Shown piece after piece: positions 1 to 11,958 of a stretch of 64,000 nucleotides of DNA (the stretch's first letter is position 1; every line of letters starts with the position of its first letter). The notes under the pieces are model-generated. The model searched no databases and was not told the DNA's origin. It saw nothing but the letters and a program-made list of their open reading frames with translations. The stretch lies in the sequence record PQ327946.1. One strand, written 5' to 3'. The translations under genes were made by a program, and so were the position numbers. The DNA is from a phage.

Positions 1-537
1 TCTCTTTTGAGTAAATCGACTAAGGATATTGTAGACCAATACAACCCATCACCAATTAAAATGATTTTTGAACTGAGCATCTTTACTCGTTATGAAGATG
101 ATATGTTCCAAATCGTTGAGCAAATTATTCCATATTTTCAGCCGCATTTTAATACGACTATGATTGAGCAATATGGGCAGGATATTCCATTTGAAAGGGA
201 TATTAAAGTCGTATGGATGTCAGCAGCAATGGATGAACAAATAGACGGTGATAATTTATCCCGTCGACGTTTAGAGTGGTCATTAACATTTGAAGTAAAT
301 GGATGGATGTATCCTCCGGTAGGCGCAGCAGAAGGCCTTATTAAAACGACTTATCTTGATTTTCATGCTAATGAACGAGACCTTCAATCAGCCGCCAGCG
401 TTTTTGAATCAGTTGATACAGAAATTAAACCGAGAGACGTTGAAGCACAAGATTGGAATGGCGAAGTTGAACAAACTTATACTCATGATATTCCAATCCC
501 GACTCCACCAACCCCTCCTGGTCCTAGAAAACAATAA
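1..537 (+). CDS. 15: gp15 tail sheath stabiliser / tail completion protein, 5'-truncated at window edge
   Basis: C-terminal 176 aa closely match T4 gp15 as recalled (QYNPSPIKMI..ELSIFTRYEDDMFQIVEQI..LSRRR.EWSLTFEVNGWMYPP); sits immediately upstream of terminase genes. Confidence 0.75.
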   Translation, partial: SLLSKSTKDIVDQYNPSPIKMIFELSIFTRYEDDMFQIVEQIIPYFQPHFNTTMIEQYGQDIPFERDIKVVWMSAAMDEQIDGDNLSRRRLEWSLTFEVNGWMYPPVGAAEGLIKTTYLDFHANERDLQSAASVFESVDTEIKPRDVEAQDWNGEVEQTYTHDIPIPTPPTPPGPRKQ

Positions 538-2863
<2,326 letters not shown>

Positions 2864-2890
2864 AAATAAAGCAAATTAAGAGGAATTAAA

Positions 2891-4873
2891 ATGGCACTTC
2901 TCTCTCCGGGCGTTGAGCTCAAAGAAACTACCGTACAGAGTACTGTAGTTAATAACTCCACTGGTACCGCTGCCCTGGCTGGAAAATTCCAATGGGGACC
3001 TGCATTCCAGATTAAACAAATCACTGATGAAGTTGCATTGGTTGATATGTTTGGTACTCCTAATACGGATACAGCAGATTATTTCATGTCTGCTATGAAC
3101 TTCCTTCAATATGGTAATGACCTTCGTGTTGTACGCGCAGTTGATCGTGATGCTGCTAAGAACTCATCTCCTGTAGCAGGCAATATTGAATTCACAATCT
3201 CTGCTGCTGGTAGTAACTATGCAGTTGGTGATAAAATTATCGTTAAGTATTTGACCGAAACTGTTGAAGCAGATGGTTATGTCACTTCAGTTGATGTCGA
3301 TGGTAAAATTCTTAACATTTATATCCCAACCGGTAAAATTATTGCTCGTGCAAAAGAAATTAATGAATATCCGGCATTGGGTTCTAATTGGACCGCCGAA
3401 GTTGCCAGTTCTTCTTCTGGACTTTCTGGCGTTATTACAATTGGTTCTATCGTAACCGATTCAGGTATTCTGTTAACTGAAGTTGAAACTTCTGAAGAAG
3501 CTATTACTTCTCTAACTTTCCAAGAATCTATTAAAAAATACGGTGTCCCAGGCGTAGTTGCTCTTTATCCTGGTGAACTTGGCGACCAGCTCGAAATTGA
3601 AATCGTATCTAAAGCAGACTATGACAAAGGTGCTTCAGCCCAGTTAAAAATTTATCCTGATGGTGGTACTCGTGCGTCTACTGCTAAAGCAATCTTTGGA
3701 TATGGCCCACAAACTGATGACCAATATGCAATTATCGTTCGTCGTAACGATGCTGTAGTTCAGAGCGTAATTCTTTCTACTAAGCGTGGTGAACGCGATA
3801 TTTATGGTAGTAATATCTTTATTGATGATTTCTTTGCTAAAGGCGCAAGCAATTATATTTTCGCTACTGCACAAGGTTGGCCAAAAGGTTTCTCTGGCGT
3901 AATCAAACTGAGTGGTGGCTTATCATCTAATGAAACGGTTGACGCTGGTGATTTAATGGAAGCTTGGGATTTGTTTGCTGACCGTGAATCTGTTAATGCG
4001 CAGTTGTTTATTGCCGGTTCTTGTGCAGGTGAATCTTTAGAAGTTGCTTCTACAGTTCAGAAACATGTTGTAGCAATTGGTGATTCTCGCCAAGATTGTT
4101 TGGTTCTTTGCTCACCGCCACGTGCAACTATAGTCGGTATTCCTGTTAATCGTGCAGTTGATAATCTGGTCGATTGGCGTACTGCGTCAGGAACTTACAC
4201 TGATAATAACTTTAATATAAGTTCTACTTATGCTGCTATTGACGGTAACTATAAATATCAATATGACAAATATAATGACGTGAATCGTTGGGTTCCATTA
4301 GCTGCTGATATTGCTGGTCTTTGTGCTCGCACAGACAATATTTCTCAGCCTTGGATGTCTCCTGCCGGTTATAACCGTGGACAAATTCTTAACGTTATTA
4401 AGCTTGCAATTGAAACTCGCCAACCACAGCGTGATCGTTTGTATCAGGAAGCTATTAACCCTGTTACTGGTACCGGTGGTGATGGGTATGTTCTGTATGG
4501 TGATAAAACTGCCACTTCTGTTCCTTCACCATTTGACCGTATTAACGTTCGTCGTTTGTTCAATATGGTTAAAACGAACATTGGTTCAGCATCTAAATAT
4601 CGCCTGTTTGAATTGAACAACGCATTTACCCGTTCTTCTTTCCGTACAGAGACTTCTCAATATCTACAGGGTATTAAAGCTCTTGGTGGTGTATATAACT
4701 TTAAAGTTGTTTGTGATACTACCAATAACACCCCAGCAGTTATCGACCGTAATGAATTTGTAGCTACTTTCTACTTACAACCTGCCCGCTCGATAAATTA
4801 TATTACGTTGAACTTTGTAGCAACAGCAACTGGTGCCGATTTCGACGAACTAATTGGTACTGTAAGTGGCTAA
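2891..4873 (+). CDS. 18: contractile tail sheath protein gp18
   Basis: 660 aa; T4 gp18-like; preceded by TATAAATA late promoter. Confidence 0.9.
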   Translation: MALLSPGVELKETTVQSTVVNNSTGTAALAGKFQWGPAFQIKQITDEVALVDMFGTPNTDTADYFMSAMNFLQYGNDLRVVRAVDRDAAKNSSPVAGNIEFTISAAGSNYAVGDKIIVKYLTETVEADGYVTSVDVDGKILNIYIPTGKIIARAKEINEYPALGSNWTAEVASSSSGLSGVITIGSIVTDSGILLTEVETSEEAITSLTFQESIKKYGVPGVVALYPGELGDQLEIEIVSKADYDKGASAQLKIYPDGGTRASTAKAIFGYGPQTDDQYAIIVRRNDAVVQSVILSTKRGERDIYGSNIFIDDFFAKGASNYIFATAQGWPKGFSGVIKLSGGLSSNETVDAGDLMEAWDLFADRESVNAQLFIAGSCAGESLEVASTVQKHVVAIGDSRQDCLVLCSPPRATIVGIPVNRAVDNLVDWRTASGTYTDNNFNISSTYAAIDGNYKYQYDKYNDVNRWVPLAADIAGLCARTDNISQPWMSPAGYNRGQILNVIKLAIETRQPQRDRLYQEAINPVTGTGGDGYVLYGDKTATSVPSPFDRINVRRLFNMVKTNIGSASKYRLFELNNAFTRSSFRTETSQYLQGIKALGGVYNFKVVCDTTNNTPAVIDRNEFVATFYLQPARSINYITLNFVATATGADFDELIGTVSG

Positions 4874-4905
4874 TAAGACGCCTGATGGGCTATTTCGGTA
4901 GCCCA

Positions 4906-4913
4906 TATAAATA
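4906..4913 (+). promoter_or_regulatory. late promoter TATAAATA for gene 19
   Basis: TATAAATA within a conserved module CCATATAAATATAACTATA. Confidence 0.6.
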
Positions 4914-4986
4914 TAACTATATCGTTTAAAAATTAATTCTATGGGCATCTGGTTAATCCTAAGCCCATATTACTACAGAGGCTAAT

Positions 4987-5478
4987 ATGTTTGTAGATGA
5001 CGTAACTCGTGCCTTCGAATCAGGTGATTTCGCTCGCCCTAACCTGTTTGAAGTAGAAATCTCTTATCTTGGGCAAAACTTTAGCTTCCAGTGTCGTGCT
5101 ACGGCTCTTCCTGCTGCGATCGTTGAAAAGGTTCCTGTTTCTTATATGAACCGTAAAATTAACGTGGCCGGTGATCGTACATTCGATGATTGGACTATTA
5201 CAGTAATGAACGATGATGCTCATAGCATTCGTCAGAAATTTGTTGATTGGCAAGGTATTGCAGCAGGACAAGGTAATGAAATTACCGGTGGTAAACCTGC
5301 TGAATATAAAAAGACTGCTATCGTTCGTCAATTTGCTCGTGATGCTAAAACCGTCACTAAAGAAGTTGAAATTGTCGGCTTGTGGCCTACTAACGTTGGT
5401 GAAGTATCTCTTGACTGGGACAGCAATAACGAGATTGAAACGTTCGAAGTAACTCTTGCTCTTGATTGGTGGGAATAA
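4987..5478 (+). CDS. 19: tail tube protein gp19
   Basis: 163 aa; follows sheath gene; late promoter upstream. Confidence 0.9.
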   Translation: MFVDDVTRAFESGDFARPNLFEVEISYLGQNFSFQCRATALPAAIVEKVPVSYMNRKINVAGDRTFDDWTITVMNDDAHSIRQKFVDWQGIAAGQGNEITGGKPAEYKKTAIVRQFARDAKTVTKEVEIVGLWPTNVGEVSLDWDSNNEIETFEVTLALDWWE

Positions 5479-5526
5479 TCTGGTTGGGGAGAAATCCCCA
5501 GCTTCCCGTGATGACGGAGAAGTCCA

Positions 5527-5534
5527 TATAAATA
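5527..5534 (+). promoter_or_regulatory. late promoter TATAAATA for gene 20
   Basis: Same module CCATATAAATATAACTATA as upstream of gene 19. Confidence 0.6.
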
Positions 5535-5562
5535 TAACTATAATTCCCATTCGGAGAATACA

Positions 5563-7134
5563 ATGAAATTTAATATCTTAAGTTTGTTTGCTCCATGGGC
5601 AAAAATGGACGAACGTGATTACAAAGACCAAGAAAAAGAAAATTTAGAATCTATCACCGCACCAAAATTGGACGACGGCGCTAAAGAATATGAAGTATCT
5701 GAAAATGAAGCACAGCAAACATATAATGCTATGTTTCAGAGAATGTTCGGTAGTCAAGAACCAGGGCTCAAATCAACCCGTGAATTAATCGATACGTATC
5801 GAAATTTGATGACGAACTATGAAGTGGATAACGCGGTCTCTGAAATAGTTTCTGATGCTATCGTGTATGAAGATGATACAGAAGTCGTTTCTATAAATTT
5901 AGACAACACAAAATTTAGTCCAAATATCAAATCAATGATGTTGGATGAATTTAACGAAGTGTTAAATCATTTATCTTTCCAACGTAAAGGTTCAGATCAT
6001 TTTAGACGTTGGTATGTGGATTCTCGAATTTTCTTCCATAAAATTATTGACCCTAAACGCCCTAAAGAAGGTATTAAAGAGCTTCGTCGTTTAGACCCAC
6101 GTCAAGTTCAATATGTCCGTGAAGTTATTACAACCACTGAAGCCGGTGTTAAAATAGTCAAGGGTTATAAAGAATATTTCATTTATGACACATCACAAGA
6201 ATCTTATGCTTGCGATGGTCGCATATATGAAGCTGGCACAAAAATAAAAATCCCTAAAGCCGCGATTGTTTATGCCCATTCTGGTTTAGTTGATTGTTGT
6301 GGTAAAAATATCATCGGTTATTTGCATCGGGCTATTAAGCCAGCGAACCAATTAAAACTTCTTGAAGATGCCGTAGTAATTTATCGTATTACTCGTGCTC
6401 CCGATCGTCGTGTATGGTACGTTGATACAGGTAATATGCCTTCAAGAAAAGCAGCAGAACATATGCAACATGTTATGAATACGATGAAAAACCGTATTGC
6501 ATATGACGCTACTACAGGCAAGATTAAAAACCAGCAGCATATTATGTCGATGACCGAAGATTATTGGTTACAACGACGTGATGGTAAAGCAGTAACAGAA
6601 GTTGACACATTACCAGGTGCAGATAATACCGGGAATATGGAAGATGTACGTTGGTTCCGTAATGCGCTTTATATGGCTTTACGTATTCCTATTACCCGTA
6701 TTCCAAGTGACCAAGGTGGTATACAGTTTGATGCTGGTACTTCTATTACACGAGATGAATTGACATTTGGTAAATTTATTCGTGAGCTGCAACATAAATT
6801 TGAAGAGATATTCCTAGACCCGCTTAAAACTAATTTAATTCTTAAAGGAATTATTACAGAAGATGAGTGGAATGATGAAATAAATAATATTAAGATAAAA
6901 TTTCATCGGGATAGTTATTTCTCGGAATTAAAGGATGCTGAGATTCTGGAGCGTCGCATTAATATGCTTCAGATGGCCGAACCATTTATTGGTAAATATA
7001 TTTCTCACAGAACAGCTATGAAAGATATTCTTCAGATGTCTGACGAGGAAATTGAACAAGAGGCTAAGCAAATTGAAGAAGAGTCGAAAGAGGCTCGTTT
7101 CCAAGACCCCGACCAAGAACAAGAGGATTTTTAA
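5563..7134 (+). CDS. 20: portal vertex protein gp20
   Basis: 523 aa; T4 gp20-like; order 19-20-67-68-21. Confidence 0.9.
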   Translation: MKFNILSLFAPWAKMDERDYKDQEKENLESITAPKLDDGAKEYEVSENEAQQTYNAMFQRMFGSQEPGLKSTRELIDTYRNLMTNYEVDNAVSEIVSDAIVYEDDTEVVSINLDNTKFSPNIKSMMLDEFNEVLNHLSFQRKGSDHFRRWYVDSRIFFHKIIDPKRPKEGIKELRRLDPRQVQYVREVITTTEAGVKIVKGYKEYFIYDTSQESYACDGRIYEAGTKIKIPKAAIVYAHSGLVDCCGKNIIGYLHRAIKPANQLKLLEDAVVIYRITRAPDRRVWYVDTGNMPSRKAAEHMQHVMNTMKNRIAYDATTGKIKNQQHIMSMTEDYWLQRRDGKAVTEVDTLPGADNTGNMEDVRWFRNALYMALRIPITRIPSDQGGIQFDAGTSITRDELTFGKFIRELQHKFEEIFLDPLKTNLILKGIITEDEWNDEINNIKIKFHRDSYFSELKDAEILERRINMLQMAEPFIGKYISHRTAMKDILQMSDEEIEQEAKQIEEESKEARFQDPDQEQEDF

Positions 7135-7370
7135 TGGACGATTTAATTCAAGCTATTAAATCAAACGACCTCGTTGCTACTCGAAAGTTTTTTGAAAGTG
7201 CAATGGCAGAAAAAACGGTTCGTTTGATTGAAGCACGCAAAGCAGAAATCGCTTCTCAATTTTTGATTGAAGGCGAAGAACCTGAAGAAGAAAAGAAAGC
7301 TAAAGCTTCGGAAGACGACGCTGATGAAGGCGATGACGACGAAGACGAAGATGATGAGGACGATGAATAA
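7134..7370 (+). CDS. 67: prohead core protein gp67 with acidic C-terminal tail
   Basis: 78 aa, poly-Asp/Glu C-terminus, ATGA-type overlap with gene 20 stop; T4 position. Confidence 0.7.
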   Translation: MDDLIQAIKSNDLVATRKFFESAMAEKTVRLIEARKAEIASQFLIEGEEPEEEKKAKASEDDADEGDDDEDEDDEDDE

Positions 7371-7795
7371 TGTATCTTATCCCTGAATCTTATGAATTGG
7401 TACTCGAAAATGTCGAAGCACTTATTCCTGAAGCACAGGGCCGAATCGATGCATTGTCTTCTGCTCTCGATATTGACGATATAAATACTATTATCGAGAA
7501 CATGCTTGAAACTGAAACGGATTTAGCTGTTGCAATGGCTTCCATTATTAATGAAGAACAGTTAAATGAGTTTATCGTTAAACATGTTTCTTCTCGTGGT
7601 GAAGTCACTCGCACTAAAGACCGTAAAACTCGTGAACGTAACGCGTTCCAAACAACTGGTCTTTCTAAAGCAAAACGTAGACAAATCGCTCGTAAGGTCG
7701 TTAAAGCTAAAAAAGCTAACCCTTCAGGCCAAGTTAAAGGCTTGCGTAAGCGTAAAAAAGCTCTTAAACGTCGTAAAGCATTAGGATTAAGCTAA
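7370..7795 (+). CDS. 68: prohead core protein gp68
   Basis: 141 aa; basic C-terminus; between 67 and 21 as in T4. Confidence 0.7.
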   Translation: MYLIPESYELVLENVEALIPEAQGRIDALSSALDIDDINTIIENMLETETDLAVAMASIINEEQLNEFIVKHVSSRGEVTRTKDRKTRERNAFQTTGLSKAKRRQIARKVVKAKKANPSGQVKGLRKRKKALKRRKALGLS

Positions 7796-8436
7796 TGAAT
7801 AAACCCGAGTTACTTATTGAAACTTGGGGTCAACCCGGTGAGATTATTGATGGCGTTCCAATGTTGGAATCTCATGATGGAAAAGATTCTGGCTTAAAAC
7901 CAGGGCTTTATATAGAAGGTATTTTTCTTCAGGCAGAGGTTGTTAACCGAAATAAACGTTTATATCCTAAACGTGTTTTGGAAAAAGCAGTAAGTGACTA
8001 TATTAAAGAACAAGTCGAAACCAAACAAGCCCTTGGAGAATTAAACCATCCACCTCGTGCAAATGTTGACCCTATGCAAGCCGCTATCATTATTGAAGAT
8101 ATGTGGTGGAAAGGAAACGATGTATATGGACGTGCTAGAATTATTGAAGGCGACCATGGTCCCGGCGATAAATTAGCTGCTAATATACGCGCTGGTTGGA
8201 TTCCAGGTGTTTCCTCTCGTGGTCTTGGTTCTTTAACCGACACCAATAAAGGGTACCGTATCGTGAACGAAGGATTTAAATTAACCGTCGGCGTAGATGC
8301 CGTATGGGGACCTTCTGCTCCAGATGCTTGGGTTACTCCTAAACAAATATCAGAATCAGAAAATTCGGTGGAAATCACCAAAAACAGTGCTGATGAAGCA
8401 TTTAAAGCTCTCACAGAGAGTTTAAAAGCATTATAA
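7795..8436 (+). CDS. 21: prohead core protease gp21
   Basis: 213 aa; T4 gp21-like; position. Confidence 0.85.
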   Translation: MNKPELLIETWGQPGEIIDGVPMLESHDGKDSGLKPGLYIEGIFLQAEVVNRNKRLYPKRVLEKAVSDYIKEQVETKQALGELNHPPRANVDPMQAAIIIEDMWWKGNDVYGRARIIEGDHGPGDKLAANIRAGWIPGVSSRGLGSLTDTNKGYRIVNEGFKLTVGVDAVWGPSAPDAWVTPKQISESENSVEITKNSADEAFKALTESLKAL

Positions 8437-8439
8437 ATA
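8432..8439 (+). promoter_or_regulatory. late promoter TATAAATA for gene 22
   Basis: TATAAATA about 30 nt upstream of the gene 22 ATG. Confidence 0.55.
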
Positions 8440-8469
8440 ATAATGTAATCTAAACCACAGGACACTAAA

Positions 8470-9282
8470 ATGATCAAAGAACAACTTTTGAAAGAAGCTC
8501 AAAACATCGAGACTTCAGTTGCTCTTAATAGTGTTTTCGAATCAGTAGAACTGTCTCCGGACGTTAAAGCTAATTTCAGCACTGTATTCGAAGCCACCGT
8601 TAAGCAGGAAGCAGTCAAACTGGCTGAATCTCATATCAAAGCCATCGCCGAAAAAGCCGAAGAAGAAGTTGAAAAGGCTAAAGAAGATGCTGAAGAGAAA
8701 GCTGATAAAAAATTGGCTGAACAAGCTTCTAAATTCCTAGACCATCTTGCAAAAGAATGGCTCGCAGAAAACCAAATCGCAGTTGATAAAGGCATTAAAG
8801 CTGATTTGTTCGAATCCATGCTTGGTGGTCTGAAAGAACTGTTTGTTGAACATAACGTTGTTGTTCCAGAAGAATCTGTAGATGTTGTAGCAGAAATGGA
8901 AGAAGAGCTGGCCGAACATAAAGAAGAAACCGCTCGTTTGTTCGAAGAAGTTACCAAACGTGATGCATATATCAATTACGTTCAGCGTGAAACCGCTATT
9001 AATGAAAGCGTAAAAGACCTGACTGAATCTCAGAAAGAAAAAGTTATTGGCCTGGTTGAAGGTATGGATTATTCTGACGCATTTGGTACTAAGTTAACTG
9101 CTATTGTAGAAATGGTTAAAGGTTCTACTAAAGAAGAAGCCGCTATCACCGAAAGTATAAATACAGTTGACAATGACGCTGCCGGTCTTAATTTTGTTGC
9201 CGAAGCAGTTGACACTACCACAACTCAGGTAGAACAGAATTCTAATGTAAGTTTATATGCGAAAGTCGCATCTCGTTTCTAA
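8470..9282 (+). CDS. 22: prohead scaffold core protein gp22
   Basis: 270 aa, highly acidic, coiled-coil-like; late promoter upstream. Confidence 0.85.
   Translation: MIKEQLLKEAQNIETSVALNSVFESVELSPDVKANFSTVFEATVKQEAVKLAESHIKAIAEKAEEEVEKAKEDAEEKADKKLAEQASKFLDHLAKEWLAENQIAVDKGIKADLFESMLGGLKELFVEHNVVVPEESVDVVAEMEEELAEHKEETARLFEEVTKRDAYINYVQRETAINESVKDLTESQKEKVIGLVEGMDYSDAFGTKLTAIVEMVKGSTKEEAAITESINTVDNDAAGLNFVAEAVDTTTTQVEQNSNVSLYAKVASRF
9156..9163 (+). promoter_or_regulatory. candidate late promoter for gene 23, inside gene 22
   Basis: TATAAATA about 140 nt upstream of the gene 23 ATG. Confidence 0.35.
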
Positions 9283-9299
9283 TTTAAAGGTTAACACAA

Positions 9300-10868
9300 A
9301 TGACTACTATCAAAACTAAAGCTCAGCTCGTAGACAAATGGAAAGAACTGCTGGAAGGTGAAGGCCTGCCGGAAATCGCTAATAGCAAGCAGGCTATTAT
9401 CGCTAAAATCTTCGAAAACCAGGAAAAAGATTTCGAAGTATCCCCTGAATATAAAGACGAGAAAATCGCTCAGGCATTTGGTTCTTTCTTGACCGAAGCT
9501 GAAATTGGTGGGGACCACGGTTATAATGCTCAGAACATCGCAGCAGGTCAAACCTCCGGTGCAGTAACCCAGATTGGGCCGGCAGTTATGGGTATGGTTC
9601 GTCGTGCTATTCCTAATCTGATCGCTTTTGATATTTGTGGTGTTCAGCCTATGAACAGCCCTACCGGTCAGGTATTTGCTCTCCGTGCAGTATATGGTAA
9701 AGACCCTATCGCTGCTGACGCTAAAGAAGCTTTCCATCCGATGTATGCTCCAGACGCGATGTTCTCTGGTCAGGGTGCTGCTAAGAAATTCCCAGCTCTG
9801 GCTGCTAGCACACAAACCGTTGTAGGTGATATCTATACTCACTTCTTCCAGGAAACTGGTACTGTGTATCTACAAGCTTCCGCTGTAGTAACAATCGATG
9901 CTGGCGCTACCGATGCAGCTAAATTAGATGCTGAAATTAAGAAACAAATGGAAGCTGGTGTACTGGTAGAAATCGCTGAAGGTATGGCTACTTCTATCGC
10001 TGAACTTCAGGAAGGTTTCAATGGTTCTACCGACAACCCGTGGAACGAAATGGGCTTCCGTATCGACAAACAAGTTATTGAAGCTAAATCTCGTCAGCTG
10101 AAAGCAGCTTACTCCATCGAATTGGCACAAGACCTCCGTGCAGTACACGGTATGGATGCTGATGCTGAACTGAGCGGTATTCTTGCTACTGAAATTATGC
10201 TGGAAATCAACCGTGAAGTTGTTGACTGGATTAACTACTCCGCTCAGGTTGGTAAATCTGGTATGACTAATATCGTTGGTTCTAAAGCTGGTGTATTTGA
10301 CTTCCAGGACCCGATTGATATCCGTGGTGCTCGTTGGGCCGGTGAAAGCTTTAAAGCTCTGTTGTTCCAGATTGATAAAGAAGCAGTTGAAATTGCTCGT
10401 CAAACCGGTCGTGGTGAAGGTAACTTCATTATCGCTTCCCGTAACGTAGTTAACGTACTGGCTTCAGTTGATACTGGTATTTCTTACGCTGCACAGGGTC
10501 TGGCTTCTGGTTTTAATACCGACACTACTAAGTCTGTATTTGCCGGTGTACTTGGTGGTAAATACCGCGTATACATCGACCAGTATGCTAAACAGGATTA
10601 CTTCACCGTTGGTTACAAAGGCGCTAACGAAATGGATGCAGGTATTTACTATGCTCCTTACGTTGCACTTACCCCACTGCGTGGTTCCGATCCTAAGAAC
10701 TTCCAGCCGGTAATGGGCTTTAAAACTCGTTACGGTATCGGTGTTAACCCGTTTGCTGAAAGTTCCCTGCAGGCTCCAGGTGCTCGCATCCAGTCCGGTA
10801 TGCCGTCTATCCTGAACAGCCTTGGTAAGAACGCTTACTTTAGACGCGTCTACGTTAAAGGAATTTAA
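9300..10868 (+). CDS. 23: major capsid protein gp23
   Basis: 522 aa; near-identical to T4 gp23 as recalled (MTTIKTK..GGDHGYNAQNIAAGQTSGAVTQIGPAVMGMVRRAIPNLIAFDICGVQPM..). Confidence 0.95.
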   Translation: MTTIKTKAQLVDKWKELLEGEGLPEIANSKQAIIAKIFENQEKDFEVSPEYKDEKIAQAFGSFLTEAEIGGDHGYNAQNIAAGQTSGAVTQIGPAVMGMVRRAIPNLIAFDICGVQPMNSPTGQVFALRAVYGKDPIAADAKEAFHPMYAPDAMFSGQGAAKKFPALAASTQTVVGDIYTHFFQETGTVYLQASAVVTIDAGATDAAKLDAEIKKQMEAGVLVEIAEGMATSIAELQEGFNGSTDNPWNEMGFRIDKQVIEAKSRQLKAAYSIELAQDLRAVHGMDADAELSGILATEIMLEINREVVDWINYSAQVGKSGMTNIVGSKAGVFDFQDPIDIRGARWAGESFKALLFQIDKEAVEIARQTGRGEGNFIIASRNVVNVLASVDTGISYAAQGLASGFNTDTTKSVFAGVLGGKYRVYIDQYAKQDYFTVGYKGANEMDAGIYYAPYVALTPLRGSDPKNFQPVMGFKTRYGIGVNPFAESSLQAPGARIQSGMPSILNSLGKNAYFRRVYVKGI

Positions 10869-10886
10869 TGCTTTAACGTTAAAATA

Positions 10887-10915
10887 CATAACCTTATGGG
10901 AGACTCCGGTCTCCC
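10887..10915 (+). terminator. intrinsic terminator after gene 23
   Basis: Hairpin TGGGAGAC-TCCG-GTCTCCCA followed by TTCTTGTTTC. Confidence 0.65.
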
Positions 10916-10925
10916 ATTCTTGTTT

Positions 10926-11585
10926 CTATAGCTTAAAACAATCATCGCGTTCATTAATCCAATTTCTTATAGTTTTTGCGGATACGTTAAAGAATTCGGC
11001 AGCGTAATCGTAGTGGTTAAATTCATGACCTTTAATAGAAATATCCACAAATACAAATTTCTTACCTTTATTAGAATTCTTTCTAATTTTTGCTTTATGC
11101 TCTTCTGATAGTTTTCTACCTTTAAGATGAGAATCTCTATTTTTATAAAACTTTTTATTTGATATAGATTTGTTTTCTCGATGTTCTTTAGATTCTTTAG
11201 AACCTAATTTCTTTTTAGATATTTTGGCCCGAACTTCTTCAGTCATACCAGCTTTTGTCTTTTCGGATAACATCTCACGATACCCAGGTTCCTGTAAAGC
11301 TACTATAACAGGATTACCCTTGCCGCCTAAGGCGGCATTATAAGTATCTGTTCTCATGACAAAAGCCTCGTCAACTAGTTCGGCTTCCTTAGCATACATC
11401 TCTTCAGATGTTTCGAAATTGAAAAGGATTTCCTTTTTAAAATTCTCTAAGCCGTATTTCTTTATGGATTTTACTATGTTAACCCCGGAACCCATATAAG
11501 AATCGTTAACATCTGTAGTGGCATGGGCTCCAATATAAATCTTGTTATTAATGAGATTGGTTATTTTGTAAATTAAATAATTCAT
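10926..11585 (-). CDS. segD: GIY-YIG homing endonuclease (SegD-like), free-standing between genes 23 and 24
   Basis: N-terminal GIY-YIG motif (YKITNLINNKIYIGAH..YMGSG); lysine-rich C-terminal region; same position as T4 segD. Confidence 0.75.
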   Translation of the reverse strand: MNYLIYKITNLINNKIYIGAHATTDVNDSYMGSGVNIVKSIKKYGLENFKKEILFNFETSEEMYAKEAELVDEAFVMRTDTYNAALGGKGNPVIVALQEPGYREMLSEKTKAGMTEEVRAKISKKKLGSKESKEHRENKSISNKKFYKNRDSHLKGRKLSEEHKAKIRKNSNKGKKFVFVDISIKGHEFNHYDYAAEFFNVSAKTIRNWINERDDCFKL

Positions 11586-11588
11586 AAT

Positions 11589-11870
11589 TTACGCTGCTTT
11601 GACACGACGGTTGATGATATCACGGAAGTCAATACGATTTTCTTGGATTTTCAGCCAGTTACCAGATTTGTCTTTGGTATGGGTAGAATATTCACCGTTC
11701 CACCAGAAGTCGGTTTCATAAGCCAAGGCTTCGTATTTCTTAACCAATGCATTAACTGCATTACCGTTAGGATTGGTACCAAATTTTTCTACCAGAGCTT
11801 TGATGTCTTTGTCAAGGTTAGAAAGTGTGGTACGGATAAAGTTTAATTTGTTCATTTTTAATCTCCTCAT
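11589..11870 (-). CDS. hypothetical protein (93 aa; start possibly at internal Met)
   Basis: ORF downstream of an early-promoter-like motif; no recognisable domain. Confidence 0.4.
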   Translation of the reverse strand: MRRLKMNKLNFIRTTLSNLDKDIKALVEKFGTNPNGNAVNALVKKYEALAYETDFWWNGEYSTHTKDKSGNWLKIQENRIDFRDIINRRVKAA

Positions 11871-11884
11871 GTTTTGATAGGTCT

Positions 11885-11914
11885 ATAGTAACACAACGCT
11901 TTTTGTGTGTAAAC
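11885..11914 (-). promoter_or_regulatory. early (sigma70-type) promoter
   Basis: Minus strand GTTTAC-N18-TACTAT upstream of ORF 11589..11870. Confidence 0.5.
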
Positions 11915-11920
11915 CACTTT

Positions 11921-11928
11921 TATAAATA
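11921..11928 (+). promoter_or_regulatory. late promoter TATAAATA for gene 24
   Basis: TATAAATA about 30 nt upstream of the gene 24 ATG. Confidence 0.6.
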
Positions 11929-11958
11929 AAATTATATTCTCAATAAGGAAAAAATGCA

